Counted from the first letter of the stretch, positions 49,093 to 59,871 are shown. The stretch is DNA of 64,000 nt from Armatimonadota bacterium (GCA_046292385.1 JBKBRF010000014.1:56234-120233), one strand, 5' to 3'. Notes: generated by a model from the sequence alone, not told the origin. Made by a program: numbers and translations.

Positions 49093-51336
49093 TCAGTCCA
49101 CCTCACTCTCCCCCAAAACCCTCCGATAAGTCACCCGAGCGTGCTCGTAAGCGCGGCGGGCCTCCTCCTTCTCCTCCGGCTTGATGAAGCGCTCCTTCTG
49201 GCTCCAGCAGCGATCGACGCCCTTAAGGCACCACTCCGCGCTGCGGCGGCTGGCGCGGACCGGCTTGCCGCCCACCAATACCCAGACTGGGTTGGTGTGG
49301 GAGCTGGGGAGCACGCGGACCGCTACCCAACTGCTCCGCTCCACCGGCACGTCGAAGGTGAGGTCGCGAGTCACGCCGTCGGCGGCGAGCATCTGCCTGG
49401 CTACCGGATAGCCGTTGACGATCACCTCTACCGGCACCTCGCGGCTTTCGCCGGCGCGGGCGCGCTCCAGGTGCCAGTACGGCTGCTGGGTGTAGGGGCG
49501 CTTCGAGAGGGCGGGGTTCGGCTTCTCCGGCAGCAGCGCGGAGGCCTTGACGGTGAGGCGCACGGTTCCGGGCTGGGCGAGGCGGACTTCGCTGCCGTTC
49601 TCGCCGACCGCCGTCTGGTTCACGCGCAGCTCCATCAGGTGGCTCTGGCCGTCGGAGACGTAGCTGCGGCCCTGGCGGACGCCCTCGATCCAGGTGTCGA
49701 AGTCGAGCTTCCCGTCTAGCTTCACGTAGGAGCGGCCGAGGCCGACTCGCTCGCCATAGATGCAGGGGAAGTCGGTCTCCCCGCTGATCCGGGTGCGGAA
49801 GCCGCAGTTGAGCGTGTGGTACCACATGTTCAGCTCCCACACGTAGGGCGTGTCGACCGTCGACATGAAGTCGACCGCCGGTACCGGCTTCCCGTCCGGC
49901 CCCGGTACCTCGTGGGTCACGTCGACCACGTACTCGTTCGCGCCAATGCCGGAGTAGGGCGGGATCACGTAGTTGGGGAGCTCCGCCGTCTCCACTTCCA
50001 GGCCCCAGCCGGAGTGGGCGGGACCGGTGACGGCGCCCTGCGCCTTCGCCCAGCGCAGCGTGTTCAGGCCGAGCGTGGGCCAGTGGTGGGTCGAGTCGCC
50101 GCCGGGGTAGATCTGCTCCTTGAGGCGGAGCAGGCAAAGATGCCCGCTCTGGTGCGAGCCGAAGCCGGAGACCTCCACGTCGTAGCGCAGCAGGTAGGGG
50201 TACTGCGAGGTCGGGTCGATCTTGCCCGTGAAGAACTGCTTCTGGTAGTCGAAGCACGGTCCCCAGGTGAGGTTGCAGCCGACTTTCAGGTCTTCTCCCT
50301 GGCAGTGGCGCGCCATGTCGGGAGCGTGGACCCCTTCCGTGGGGTTGGTGTAGTGAGCGCAGCCGGCGGCGTGGATATGGTGGTCGCCGGAGTACCAGCC
50401 GAGGGTGGCCGGGTCGACCCACCGCGCGAGCTTGAACGTCTCCGTGTGTTTCTTCCCGGCGGGGACCTTCATCGCGCGGCGCTGCGCGTGGTACTCTGGG
50501 CCGCGGGTCACCTCCACCTGGTACTCGCCCGCGGGGAGTCGCACCGTCTCGCCGTCCTTCCGGTAGATCTGCGGGTGGAACGAGAAGTCGGGCGCCAGGC
50601 GCTTGGCAGGGGAGGGATAGACGCGGCCGGCGCGGTCCCGGATCACGAAGCCGGCGGTGCACGGCTTGCCGTGCTCGTCCCGCACGCGCAGGGTGACCGT
50701 GGAAGCGGGCAGGGCCGTGAAGAGGGTGTCGACCTCGCTGCGGAAGCCGAGGTCTTGCGTCCCCTGGCCCACGTTAAAGCTCACCTTCGCCTCGCGCTTT
50801 CCGGCGTCCCGGCTGTAGAGGGAGAGCACGCGGTACTCCAGCTCCAGCCCGGAGAGCTCCGGCCGCAGCGGCTGCGCGGTGTGCTGGAGCAGGTCGAGCC
50901 AGCGGTGCGCCACCTCACCCTGCGGGCTATTGTGCAGCCGGCCGGCATTCGGGCTCGTCACCCGCAGCGGCGCCGTCACGCCCGCGTCGTTCCGCACCTT
51001 CACCAGGAAGGTGCGCCAGCCGCCCTCCACCAACTCCGGCTTCGCCGCGCCGGGGGCGACCTTCACCCGGCTCTCCGGGTTGATCTCCACGTGGTAGAGC
51101 GCGTGGCGGTCCAGCACCCGCTCGATCCGCGCCGCACCGCCCGGGGCCATCGCTTCCGCCGCCTCCAGCACCGCCTTGCGGTCCGCGGGGGGGAGCGGCG
51201 CGCCCAGGAAGTCGAGCGTCTCCACCACCCGGCGCGCCTGGGCGGCGAGGGGCTGGAGATCCACTTGCGCCGCGGGTCCGGGCGCGGCCAGCACGGCGGC
51301 GGCAAAGGCGAGGAACGGCAGGAAGAGGCGCTGCAT
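49093..51336 (-). CDS. CehA/McbA-family (PHP-like) metallohydrolase, exported
   Basis: Signal peptide; Y.VEVTRGPEY, WYSGDHHIH, GHL, AH and SGETDFPC motifs. Confidence 0.82.
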   Translation of the reverse strand: MQRLFLPFLAFAAAVLAAPGPAAQVDLQPLAAQARRVVETLDFLGAPLPPADRKAVLEAAEAMAPGGAARIERVLDRHALYHVEINPESRVKVAPGAAKPELVEGGWRTFLVKVRNDAGVTAPLRVTSPNAGRLHNSPQGEVAHRWLDLLQHTAQPLRPELSGLELEYRVLSLYSRDAGKREAKVSFNVGQGTQDLGFRSEVDTLFTALPASTVTLRVRDEHGKPCTAGFVIRDRAGRVYPSPAKRLAPDFSFHPQIYRKDGETVRLPAGEYQVEVTRGPEYHAQRRAMKVPAGKKHTETFKLARWVDPATLGWYSGDHHIHAAGCAHYTNPTEGVHAPDMARHCQGEDLKVGCNLTWGPCFDYQKQFFTGKIDPTSQYPYLLRYDVEVSGFGSHQSGHLCLLRLKEQIYPGGDSTHHWPTLGLNTLRWAKAQGAVTGPAHSGWGLEVETAELPNYVIPPYSGIGANEYVVDVTHEVPGPDGKPVPAVDFMSTVDTPYVWELNMWYHTLNCGFRTRISGETDFPCIYGERVGLGRSYVKLDGKLDFDTWIEGVRQGRSYVSDGQSHLMELRVNQTAVGENGSEVRLAQPGTVRLTVKASALLPEKPNPALSKRPYTQQPYWHLERARAGESREVPVEVIVNGYPVARQMLAADGVTRDLTFDVPVERSSWVAVRVLPSSHTNPVWVLVGGKPVRASRRSAEWCLKGVDRCWSQKERFIKPEEKEEARRAYEHARVTYRRVLGESEVD

Positions 51337-51417
51337 GACGGTGGCTCCGGTGCAGGGCGCCGCGGGTCGGGCGCTTATCGGCGCATTCGACGTGCTGCGG
51401 GGGTCTGCCTGCGCGGA

Positions 51418-53145
51418 TTACTCCGGCGGCTGCGATTCGTCCCGGTAGCGGTGCTGGCGGACGCCTTCGATGTAGAGGTCGACCTTCCGGTCCGGGAAGC
51501 CGAGGCGGTCGAGGCCCTGGCGGATCATCTCGGTACCGGCCTCGAACTCCGCGTGAATCACGGCGTCCGCGCCCGCCGCGCGGACGCGGGGGATGTCGAC
51601 GCCCCGGTGAACGCGCGCCACGATCTCCAACCGAGGCGCGAGCCGCCGGAGCATGCGCACGGCGATGCCGGTCATCGCCGCTTCCGGGAGCGTTACGATC
51701 GCCAGCTTCGCCTCGTCCGGACGCGCCTTTTCGAGCACCACTTCGGAGGTGGCGTCGCCGTAAACGATCGGCACGCCCAGCTTCCGCAGGCGGTTCACCG
51801 CGTTCGCCTCGTAGTCGACCACCACGTGGGGCACTTCCATCGCGCGGAGGCTATCGGAGACGTACCGGCCTACCCGGCCGCAGCCGAGGATGACGACCTG
51901 CGGCTGGATGTCGAGCGGGGTCTCCGCGTCCATCTCCGGCACGGGGCGGTTCAGGAGCCGGGAGAGCCGCGGGATGCGATTGAGCCGATGGTACAGCCGG
52001 TCCGCGTTGCCGAAGACGAACGGGGTGAGCAAGATGGAGACGAGGGCGCCGGAGAGCAGCACGCCGGAGATCTCCTCCGGGATCAGCTCGCGCCGGATGC
52101 CGATGGTGGCGAGGACGACGGAGAACTCCCCGATCTGCGCCAGCCCCAGGCCGGAGAGCACGGCAGTGCGTCCATGGGCTCCCGCCAGCCAGACCGCGGC
52201 CCCGGCGATCAACCCCTTGCCGACCACCACGGCGAGCACGACCAGCAGCACCGCCGGCCAGTTCTGCATCACCCAGATCGGGTTGAGGAGCATCCCGACC
52301 GAGACGAAGAAAAGCGAGGCGAACACGTCCCGCAGCGGCCGCACCTGGTTGAAGACTTCGTGGGCGTAGTCGCTCTCGGAGACCACCATTCCGGCGAGGA
52401 ACGCGCCCAGCTCCAGCGAGAGGCCGCCGAGGCGTGCGAGGTACGCCGCGGCGAGGCAGACGCAGACCACCACCAGCAGGAACAGCTCCTGGGAGCCGGT
52501 GCGGGCCACCCGGTCGAGCAGCGCGGGAACGCCGCGCACCGCCAGCGCCAGCGCGATCCCCACCGACGCGGCCGCCTGGAGCAGCGACCCCGCCACGGTT
52601 CCGAGCGCTCCCATCCCGCCGGCGGAGATGCTGGCGAGGGCGGGGAGCAGCACGACCATGACGACGACCGCGAGGTCCTGCACCACCAGGATGCTCATCA
52701 TCGCGGTGCCGTGAGCGGTCCCCAGCTCGCCCCGCTCCTCCAGCATGCGCATCATCACCGCGGTGGAGGAGAGCGCCAGGGCGGAGCCGAGGAAGATCCC
52801 TCCGTAGAAACCCCAGCCGAGCGCGATGCCCAGCGCCAGGCCCAGCAGGATGGTCCCGCCGATCTGCACCCCGCCCCCCAGCAGCGCGGTGCGGCGCGCG
52901 GCGGCGAGCTGCCCCAGGGAGAGGTGCGTGCCGACGGCGAACATCAGCAGCGTAACGCCGAGCTCCGCGACGGGCTGCACCGACTCCCCCGCCGCCACGA
53001 AGCCGGGCGTATGGGGACTGAGGACCACGCCCGCCAGGAGGTAGCCGACGAGGAGCGGGAGGCGCAGCAGACGGGCCACCATCCCTCCGGCGACGGCGCC
53101 CAGTAGTGCCAGGCCCAGATCGGTTAAGAAATCGTGTGGGTGCAA
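51418..53145 (-). CDS. CPA2 cation:proton antiporter with C-terminal TrkA-N (KTN) domain
   Basis: VAELGVTLLMF, LSSTAV, VVQDL, LGAFLAG, FFVSVG, LAQIGEFS, GCGRVG and YGDAT. Confidence 0.93.
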   Translation of the reverse strand: MHPHDFLTDLGLALLGAVAGGMVARLLRLPLLVGYLLAGVVLSPHTPGFVAAGESVQPVAELGVTLLMFAVGTHLSLGQLAAARRTALLGGGVQIGGTILLGLALGIALGWGFYGGIFLGSALALSSTAVMMRMLEERGELGTAHGTAMMSILVVQDLAVVVMVVLLPALASISAGGMGALGTVAGSLLQAAASVGIALALAVRGVPALLDRVARTGSQELFLLVVVCVCLAAAYLARLGGLSLELGAFLAGMVVSESDYAHEVFNQVRPLRDVFASLFFVSVGMLLNPIWVMQNWPAVLLVVLAVVVGKGLIAGAAVWLAGAHGRTAVLSGLGLAQIGEFSVVLATIGIRRELIPEEISGVLLSGALVSILLTPFVFGNADRLYHRLNRIPRLSRLLNRPVPEMDAETPLDIQPQVVILGCGRVGRYVSDSLRAMEVPHVVVDYEANAVNRLRKLGVPIVYGDATSEVVLEKARPDEAKLAIVTLPEAAMTGIAVRMLRRLAPRLEIVARVHRGVDIPRVRAAGADAVIHAEFEAGTEMIRQGLDRLGFPDRKVDLYIEGVRQHRYRDESQPPE

Positions 53146-53333
53146 ACGAGCCGTCTCTGTGCCGTCGGGTTATCTGGGCAGTCGTGCCGGAAGAAAGCAA
53201 GGAACCGCCGGCCTGCCGCAGCCAGCCGGTTCGGGTCGCGCCGCGGCAGGCGCAGTTGCGGAAAGTCCTTTCTAGTATAGGGGGTGACGCCTCTCCGACA
53301 AAGAGCGGCGACAGCGAAACGCTCCCGGTCGAC

Positions 53334-54281
53334 TCAGCCTTTCGGGAGGTCGTCCGGCGAGAGGCGGGCATATCGGATCCGCTCCCGCCGCCAGGTGTAG
53401 GTGACGTGGACCGTGCCGTCCGCGCCCTGAATCACCGCGGGGTAGGAGTACTCGCCCGGCTCCGTCTCCAGGACGGGACCCGGAGTCCAGGTGCGACCCA
53501 TGTCCCGGCTGACCGCCAGGTTCAGCGGCGTACGGGCGGACCGGGTGTGGTTGTAAACCAGGACAACCCGCCCGTCCCGCAGCCGGACGGCGTCGAGCCC
53601 GCTGTTGTTCTGCGGGAGATCGATGGGGGAGAGGTCGGTCCAGGTGCGGCCGCCATCCCGGGAGGTGGCCCGCGCCATCTGGTGGAGATCTCGCGTCCGC
53701 ACCAGCATCGCGAGGGAGCCGTCGCGCGTGCCGAAGACCGTCGGCTGGATCGTCCCGTAGAGGTGGCCCGGCACGTTGATCGGGCCGTGCTTGGTCCAGC
53801 TCCGCCCGGCATCCGGAGTGCGCTCCACCCAGCAGCCCCAGGCCCCGTAGCTCTCCACGCTGCTGCCGCAGACCAGGGTGCCGTTCTCCAGCTCGAACGG
53901 CTTGTTCTTGATCGGCCCGAGCACGCCGGCCGGGAGCATCTCCGGGTCCGACCAGGTGCGTCCGCCGTCCTCGGACCGCTTCAGCAGGGTGGTCCAGGTC
54001 TGCGGGCTGGGGCCGATCCGGTAGAAGAGCAGCAGGGGGCCCCGGCGGAGCTGGTGGAGCACCGGATTCCAGCACGGCACGCCGCCGCCCGCCGCCACCC
54101 GCGCCGGTTCCGTCCAGCCGCCCTCGCCGCGGCGGGAGAGCCACACCGTTACGTCCGGCTCTCCTTCGTCGGAACCGCCGAACCACGCGGCCAGCAGCTC
54201 GCCGCGCGAGGTCTCGACGACGGTCGACGCATGGCACGACGGAAAGGGGGCTCGCTCGTAAATGAATTCTTGTTTCAGCAT
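53334..54281 (-). CDS. Sialidase-like BNR/Asp-box protein
   Basis: CHAST, AAWFGG, the Asp boxes SEDGGRTW, SRDGGRTW and SRDMGRTW, and YSYPAVIQ. Confidence 0.9.
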   Translation of the reverse strand: MLKQEFIYERAPFPSCHASTVVETSRGELLAAWFGGSDEGEPDVTVWLSRRGEGGWTEPARVAAGGGVPCWNPVLHQLRRGPLLLFYRIGPSPQTWTTLLKRSEDGGRTWSDPEMLPAGVLGPIKNKPFELENGTLVCGSSVESYGAWGCWVERTPDAGRSWTKHGPINVPGHLYGTIQPTVFGTRDGSLAMLVRTRDLHQMARATSRDGGRTWTDLSPIDLPQNNSGLDAVRLRDGRVVLVYNHTRSARTPLNLAVSRDMGRTWTPGPVLETEPGEYSYPAVIQGADGTVHVTYTWRRERIRYARLSPDDLPKG

Positions 54282-54514
54282 CGTACGGGGCTCCTGATAG
54301 CTCGTATGATGTTGTACCGCGTGCGCGCTGGGAACCTTCGTCCGGCCCGGTCGTCATTCCATCAGGAGAGCGACCCGGTGCTCGCCCGCTGGTCAAGCAC
54401 CAGTCCCTCCGGCGCCGTAACCCGGCGGCCGTCAGGTCGTTCCAAAGGAGGTCCGGCGCGGTTCTGCCATCGCCGTTTCGCAACACCACTGGAACGGCCC
54501 GCTCAGGCACGGCA

Positions 54515-54523
54515 TGCTATAAT
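54515..54523 (+). promoter_or_regulatory. Extended -10 promoter element (TGnTATAAT) for the pilT-like gene
   Basis: Perfect TGcTATAAT about 35 nt upstream of ATG 54558, unlikely by chance in such high-GC DNA. Confidence 0.6.
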
Positions 54524-54557
54524 CTGCGGCGTCATCGCCACTTTTCCGCTTTTCAAG

Positions 54558-55691
54558 ATGGTCAACATTCACGAACTACTGGAGCTCGCGATTCGTCATC
54601 GCGCTTCCGATCTGTTGCTCAAGGCGGGATCTCCGCCCGCGCTCCGCATCGACGGAACCGTCGTCAGCACCAAGATCCCGGCGCTCGAATCGGCGGCGAT
54701 GGACGAGCTGGCGCAGTCGATCATCTTCAGCGCCAGCCGGGACGCCCTGCTCCGCTTCTCCGGGCCCGGAGGGGAGGGGAAAGAGATCCCGAACCTCGCC
54801 GAGGAGCAGATGCAGGCGCTGGCGGAGCAGGAGGAGGTGGACCTGGTCTTCACCATTCCGAACATGGTCCGGGTCCGCGCCAACCTCTTCCTGCAGCAGG
54901 GAACGGTGGCGGCGGCGCTCCGGATCATCCCGCTGCGGCCGTTCTCCGTGGAAGAGCTGAACCTGCCGCCGGTGCTGCGGGAGATCGCGGACGCGCGCCA
55001 GGGGCTGATCCTGGTGACGGGACCGACCGGCAGCGGAAAATCGACCACGCTCGCGGCGCTGGTGGAGCATATCAACACCACCCGGCACGGAAACATCATC
55101 ACCATCGAAGACCCGATCGAGTATGTCTTCGAGGACAAGCACTGCGTGATCTACCAGCGCGAAGTGGGTCGGGATACCCGCTCCTTCTCCGCGGGCCTGC
55201 GCAGCGTGCTGCGGCAGTCGCCGGACGTGATCATGCTGGGTGAGATGCGGGACGCGGAGACGATGGCGGTCGCCCTCGGCGCGGCGGAGATGGGGCACCT
55301 GATCCTCTCCTCCATCCACACCACCTCCGCGCCGGCGACGGTCGACCGCATCGTGAACGCCTTCCAGCCCCACGAGCGCGCCCAGATCCGCTCCCAGCTC
55401 GCCAGCGTGCTGACCGGCGTGGTGAGCCAGCGCCTCCTCCGCCGCGTGAACGGCCCGGGCCGCGTCCCCGCCGTGGAGATCATGATCAACACGCCGAGCG
55501 TCCGGAAGTTCATCGAGGAAGGCAACGGCCACGAGCTCTACAACACGATCCGCGATGGGCGCCACTTCGGCATGAACACGATGAACCAGTCGCTGGAGCG
55601 GCTCGTGAACGCCAAGCTGATCAGCACCGAGGACGCGCTGAACAACGCCGGCAACATCCAGGAGCTCCGCCAGCTGCTCCGGCAGGGGTAG
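54558..55691 (+). CDS. pilT: Type IV pilus retraction ATPase, PilT/PilU family
   Basis: ASDL, GLILVTGPTGSGKSTT, TIEDPIE, QREVG, PDVIMLGEMRD and GHL..SIHT. Confidence 0.9.
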   Translation: MVNIHELLELAIRHRASDLLLKAGSPPALRIDGTVVSTKIPALESAAMDELAQSIIFSASRDALLRFSGPGGEGKEIPNLAEEQMQALAEQEEVDLVFTIPNMVRVRANLFLQQGTVAAALRIIPLRPFSVEELNLPPVLREIADARQGLILVTGPTGSGKSTTLAALVEHINTTRHGNIITIEDPIEYVFEDKHCVIYQREVGRDTRSFSAGLRSVLRQSPDVIMLGEMRDAETMAVALGAAEMGHLILSSIHTTSAPATVDRIVNAFQPHERAQIRSQLASVLTGVVSQRLLRRVNGPGRVPAVEIMINTPSVRKFIEEGNGHELYNTIRDGRHFGMNTMNQSLERLVNAKLISTEDALNNAGNIQELRQLLRQG

Positions 55692-55936
55692 CCCGGGAGG
55701 TCTTCCGAACCTGAAAGGGGATGGGGAGATTTGCCCAGGGGATGGGGAGATGCCGAACCTTCTCCCGCCCCGCGCTCGTCTCTCACTTCGGGTGACTTCG
55801 CCGGCAGGTGCGCTCTTCCGGCGCGTGCTCCACTTCACGCTCTGCCTTCTGAGTAGGAGAAAGAGTAGGAGTAGGAGTAAGAGAGCTTGCCGTCGAAGGG
55901 CTACACCCTAGACCCTGGCCCCTATACCCTTTCCGA

Positions 55937-56821
55937 ATGCCCGCCACCACCTCACTTCTGGAGCCGGAGTTCCTGCGCAAGCTGGAGCAGCTCTCGATCG
56001 TCAGCAAGAAGGTCTTTACGGGCCAGCTCAAGGGCGAGCGGCGCAGCGCGCGGCGCGGCACCTCGGTGGAGTTCGCTGACTACCGCAACTACACGCTCGG
56101 CGACGACCCGCGCTACATCGACTGGAACACCTTCGCTCGGTTGGAGAAGCTGTTCCTCAAGCTGTTCGTGGAGGAGGAAGACCTCCACGTCTACCTGCTG
56201 GTCGACGGCTCCCAGAGCATGCTCTACGGGTCGCCGAGCAAGTTCGACTACGCTCGCCGCGTCGCCGCCGCGCTGGGGTATATCGGGCTCACCAATTACG
56301 ATCGGGTCGGCGCGACCGTCTTCAACGACCGCATGCGGGCCCACCTGCCGCCGGTGCGGGGCCGGCAGCAGGTCTTCCCCTATTTCAACTTCCTCGAGAG
56401 GGCGGAGGCGGGCGGGCAGACCTCCCTCGCCGCCTCCCTCAAGGAGTACGCGCTCCGCACTCGCCGCCCCGGCGTGCTGATCCTGATCAGCGACTTCTTC
56501 GACCCGGAGTGGGAGACCGGCCTCAAGGCGCTGCTCCACCGCCGGTTCCAGGTGACCGCCATCCAGGTGCTCGACCGCACCGAGGTCCGGCCGGACTACG
56601 TGGGCGACCTGAAACTGGTCGACTCCGAGACCGGCGAGGAGCGGGAGATCACCATCAGCGCCGGGCTCCTGAAGGAGTACCAGCGGCACGTGGACCAGTT
56701 CTGCGGCGGGATCCAGGAAGTCTGCCGCCGCTACGGCGCCGACTACCTCCAGGCGATCACCGACCAGCCGTTCGAAGACCTGATCCTCCGCTGGCTCCGC
56801 TCCGCCGGCCTGGTGCGCTGA
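55937..56821 (+). CDS. DUF58 domain protein (vWA-like, MoxR-associated)
   Basis: SVEFADYRNYTLGDDPRYIDW, DGSQSM and ILISDFF. Confidence 0.92.
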   Translation: MPATTSLLEPEFLRKLEQLSIVSKKVFTGQLKGERRSARRGTSVEFADYRNYTLGDDPRYIDWNTFARLEKLFLKLFVEEEDLHVYLLVDGSQSMLYGSPSKFDYARRVAAALGYIGLTNYDRVGATVFNDRMRAHLPPVRGRQQVFPYFNFLERAEAGGQTSLAASLKEYALRTRRPGVLILISDFFDPEWETGLKALLHRRFQVTAIQVLDRTEVRPDYVGDLKLVDSETGEEREITISAGLLKEYQRHVDQFCGGIQEVCRRYGADYLQAITDQPFEDLILRWLRSAGLVR

Positions 56822-56836
56822 GGGCTCATTGTACGG

Positions 56837-56904
56837 GCGGTTGAAACCGCGGCAACAACGGCACGAAGTTTTATCCCCCGGATGGGGGACCCCCTACGGG
56901 GACT
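56837..56904. repeat. REP-like multi-hairpin between convergent genes
   Basis: gcggtt-ga-aaccgc ... acgaagt ... tccccc-ggat-ggggga ... cccc-tac-gggg; layout resembles 16050-16100. Confidence 0.45.
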
Positions 56905-57018
56905 CACACGGCCTGGTTCGGGCGTCCGGAGGACGCGTGGCCGGAGGCCGAACAGCGAGGTATTTCAATGCCTCGCGGACTTCTCGTCCGTCAATGCAGC
57001 GGCACTCCGGCGTACCCC

Positions 57019-58008
57019 TCAGCAAACCGCCGGGTCGAGGACGCTCACGCTCTTCCGGTCCGCGTCGAGGCGCACGCGCACGCCCATCGGGAGGGTGATC
57101 GGGCTAGGGTCGTGGCCCACCGGCCAGGCGTGGACCAGCGGCTTGCCGAGCGGTACCAGCAGGTCCTGGTAGATCTGCGGGATCGGCAGGTAGTGGTCGT
57201 GGTCGTCGCCGTCGTACGGCGTGTTGCCGATCAGGAACCCGGCCGCCCGGTCGAGCTTTCCCGCCAGCAGGAGCTGCATCAGGTAGCGCTCCACCCGCGC
57301 GGGCGACTCGTGCACGTCTTCCAGGAAGAGGATGCAGTCGTCGGTATCGATCTCGTACGGCGTGCCGAGGGTCGGGACGATGAGCGAGAGGGTCCCGCCG
57401 ACACAGCGGCCTTCCGCCACGCCGCCGACCAGCGTCTCCGCGTCCGAGCAGCGGCAGTCGAGCAGCTCGCCGGCCGGCTCCGGGCTGCAGACGGTCCGCC
57501 ACAGGATTTCGAGGCATCCCTCGGAGGGGGAGTGGGCGAAGTCGGAGGCGACCATCGGCGCGAAGAAGCTGACGAGCCCGCTCCGCTTCAGCATTGCCAG
57601 CTCCAGGATCGTGATGTCGCTGTAGCCCAGGAACGGCTTGGGATTGGCGCGGATCAGCTCCCAGTCGAGGTGCGGCAACAGCCGGATCGCCCCGCTGCCG
57701 CCGCGGGCGCAAAGGATCGCGTCAACGTCGTCCCGGACGAACATCTCGTGGAGGTCCGCGGCGCGCGCCTCGTCCGGGCCGGCCAGGTGACCGTAGGTGG
57801 AGAGCACGTGCCGTCCCAGCTCGATCCGGTAGCCGTGACGTCGCAGCTCGTTCAGGCCCTTTTCGAAATGCTCCGGGTTGACCGGGCTGGCGGGGGCGAC
57901 GATCCCGAGGGTGCCGCCCGGCGGCAGCGCGCGGGGCAGGAGGAGCTCGCCCGCGGGCGGCGTGTAGGTTGGCAGAGATGGAGTTAGTAGCGTGCTCACT
58001 TGAATCAT
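57019..58008 (-). CDS. LD-carboxypeptidase (peptidase S66)
   Basis: IVAPAS, RGG.G, catalytic GYSDIT, FLEDV and C-terminal GH. Confidence 0.93.
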   Translation of the reverse strand: MIQVSTLLTPSLPTYTPPAGELLLPRALPPGGTLGIVAPASPVNPEHFEKGLNELRRHGYRIELGRHVLSTYGHLAGPDEARAADLHEMFVRDDVDAILCARGGSGAIRLLPHLDWELIRANPKPFLGYSDITILELAMLKRSGLVSFFAPMVASDFAHSPSEGCLEILWRTVCSPEPAGELLDCRCSDAETLVGGVAEGRCVGGTLSLIVPTLGTPYEIDTDDCILFLEDVHESPARVERYLMQLLLAGKLDRAAGFLIGNTPYDGDDHDHYLPIPQIYQDLLVPLGKPLVHAWPVGHDPSPITLPMGVRVRLDADRKSVSVLDPAVC

Positions 58009-58032
58009 GTCGGCTGATGGGTGCTCCCCGGT

Positions 58033-59373
58033 TCAGCCCGTCGATACACCGTCAATCGGACGAATCCGTACTTCCTCGAGACCCAGGGCAGTCACGGCGC
58101 CCACGCAGAGCACCGCGCTGCCGATCACGAACGCCGCCTCGAAGCCCCAGAGCTGCGCGATCCCGCCGAGCAGCAGGGGAGCCGGGGCGGTAACGAGCTG
58201 GACCGCGTTCACCGCGCCCAGCGCCATGGCGTGGTCGTGCTGCGGCACCACCTCCAGCAGGTAGTTGACCAGGAGCTGGTAGACCGGAAACCGCGCGCCG
58301 ATCAGCACGTAGACCCCCAGGTACCAGGCCCAGTGCCCTCGGAACGGCGCCATGCCCCCCAGCACGAGTGCCGCGATCGGCACCACCGCCTCGATCCAGA
58401 GCAGTCCGCAGATGATCTTGCGGTTGCCGCGGCGGTCGGCCGCGCGGCCCATCACGTTGCTGGAGAGCGACTGCCAGAAGACCTGCAGCACGGTGGCGAG
58501 CAGCAGCGCCTGCGGCAGCGCGGCGACGCTGACGGAGCCCGACTCTCGCCAGTAGGCCGTGTAGAACTGCAGCATGCTGCCGCCGATGCCGACGGCGATG
58601 TTCACCACCATCAGCCGCGCCAGGTTCGAGTTGGCGCGCCCCAGCTTGACGAAGTGCCGCAGGTTCTTGCTCACCGAGAAGCTGCGCGCGGCCGGCTCGC
58701 TCGGCTCTTCCCGGATCCAGAGCAGCGAGAGCCCGGCCGCCACGAAGAGGCCCGAGGTGAGCGTGAAGGAGAGCGCGTAGTTGAGCGGCTCCGGAAACCC
58801 TTTGCTCTGGACCGCCCAGTAGACCAGCAGGATCGCGAAGACGTTGATGGCGCCGGACAGCCCCATCCCCACGGCCATGGCGCGGCCGCGGTGACCCGCC
58901 GGGATCACTTTACCGAGCAGGGCTCCCTGTGCCACGGAGCTGGCACCGAGCAGGAGGAAGAAGAGCGTATAGCACGCGCCGAAGACCCAGAGGGCGGTCT
59001 TCTGGTTGCGCGCGGACGGCAGCCAGAGATAGAGGGTGAGCCCGATCCAGGAGACGACTGCCCCGCCCCAGAAGAAGAGCAGCGCGCCCCGCTTCTGCCG
59101 GAAGCGGTCGACTACCGGCGCGGCCACCAGCGGGGAGAGGTTCCGACCCACGTTGTTGCAGGTGGTGAAGATCCCCATCACGGTGGGTGACCCGGTGAGG
59201 TAGGTCACCACCCCCGCCATGAGGGTGCTCTCCATCTTGAATTGCCAGCCGATGCGGTAGAAGAACTGGTACGCGACCCACGCCCAGAAGTTGCGGGGAT
59301 CGAGCGCGGGCTCGGCCGGCAGGCGCTCCGGGGAGGCGCCCTCCTCGGAGGCGGGGGTGCGGACAGACTGCAT
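58033..59373 (-). CDS. MFS transporter
   Basis: About 12 hydrophobic segments; motif-A-like VVDRFRQK and GRAADRRGNRK. Confidence 0.85.
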   Translation of the reverse strand: MQSVRTPASEEGASPERLPAEPALDPRNFWAWVAYQFFYRIGWQFKMESTLMAGVVTYLTGSPTVMGIFTTCNNVGRNLSPLVAAPVVDRFRQKRGALLFFWGGAVVSWIGLTLYLWLPSARNQKTALWVFGACYTLFFLLLGASSVAQGALLGKVIPAGHRGRAMAVGMGLSGAINVFAILLVYWAVQSKGFPEPLNYALSFTLTSGLFVAAGLSLLWIREEPSEPAARSFSVSKNLRHFVKLGRANSNLARLMVVNIAVGIGGSMLQFYTAYWRESGSVSVAALPQALLLATVLQVFWQSLSSNVMGRAADRRGNRKIICGLLWIEAVVPIAALVLGGMAPFRGHWAWYLGVYVLIGARFPVYQLLVNYLLEVVPQHDHAMALGAVNAVQLVTAPAPLLLGGIAQLWGFEAAFVIGSAVLCVGAVTALGLEEVRIRPIDGVSTG

Positions 59374-59656
59374 GGATTCAGCCTATCGCATCCGGAGGAT
59401 TCCGAACCGTGATTCACCGCCGAGACGCGGAGAGCGCGGAGAGGGCACGGTCCGCGCACTGCGGGTGGAGTAGGTGGAGGGCCACACTGGACGGCGTTCC
59501 GGACGCCGTGCTAGAGTTAGCGCGATGAACGGACGCTTCCAGCACCAGCACGCGCAGATCGGCCACCGTCACGGCTGGCCGCGGTCCGCGCGCGTCCGGT
59601 AGAAGCCCGGCAGATTTCCAGCGCGAGACCCGCGGCGCCCCGGATGGGCGGCCGCG

Positions 59657-59817
59657 GTATTTTTTCGTATTCCGTGTCGCGTATTGCGTAGCGGCGGGTC
59701 GCGCTCGCTTTCCGCGAAATCCTGCCGGGCGAAATGTCTGCGGGAGCGCATCGCCCGGCACGATCTTCCGCAAAGCGAGAGAAGCGCTTCGTTACGCAAT
59801 ACGCGATACGGAATACG
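59657..59817. repeat. Inverted pair of the CCGGCA(C/G)GAT...TACGCAATACG element upstream of hisS
   Basis: Reverse copy at 59657-59731 and forward copy at 59752-59817. Confidence 0.7.
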
Positions 59818-59871
59818 TCTCCCACCAGAAGCAAGCTCACCCCCGCCGACAGCCAGGGCAACCGAGAGAAG

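Noticed and set aside
48455..49106. ORFs within the composite inverted element
   Set aside because: Low-complexity translations of repeats with no RBS, no host-like codon bias and no transposase motifs.
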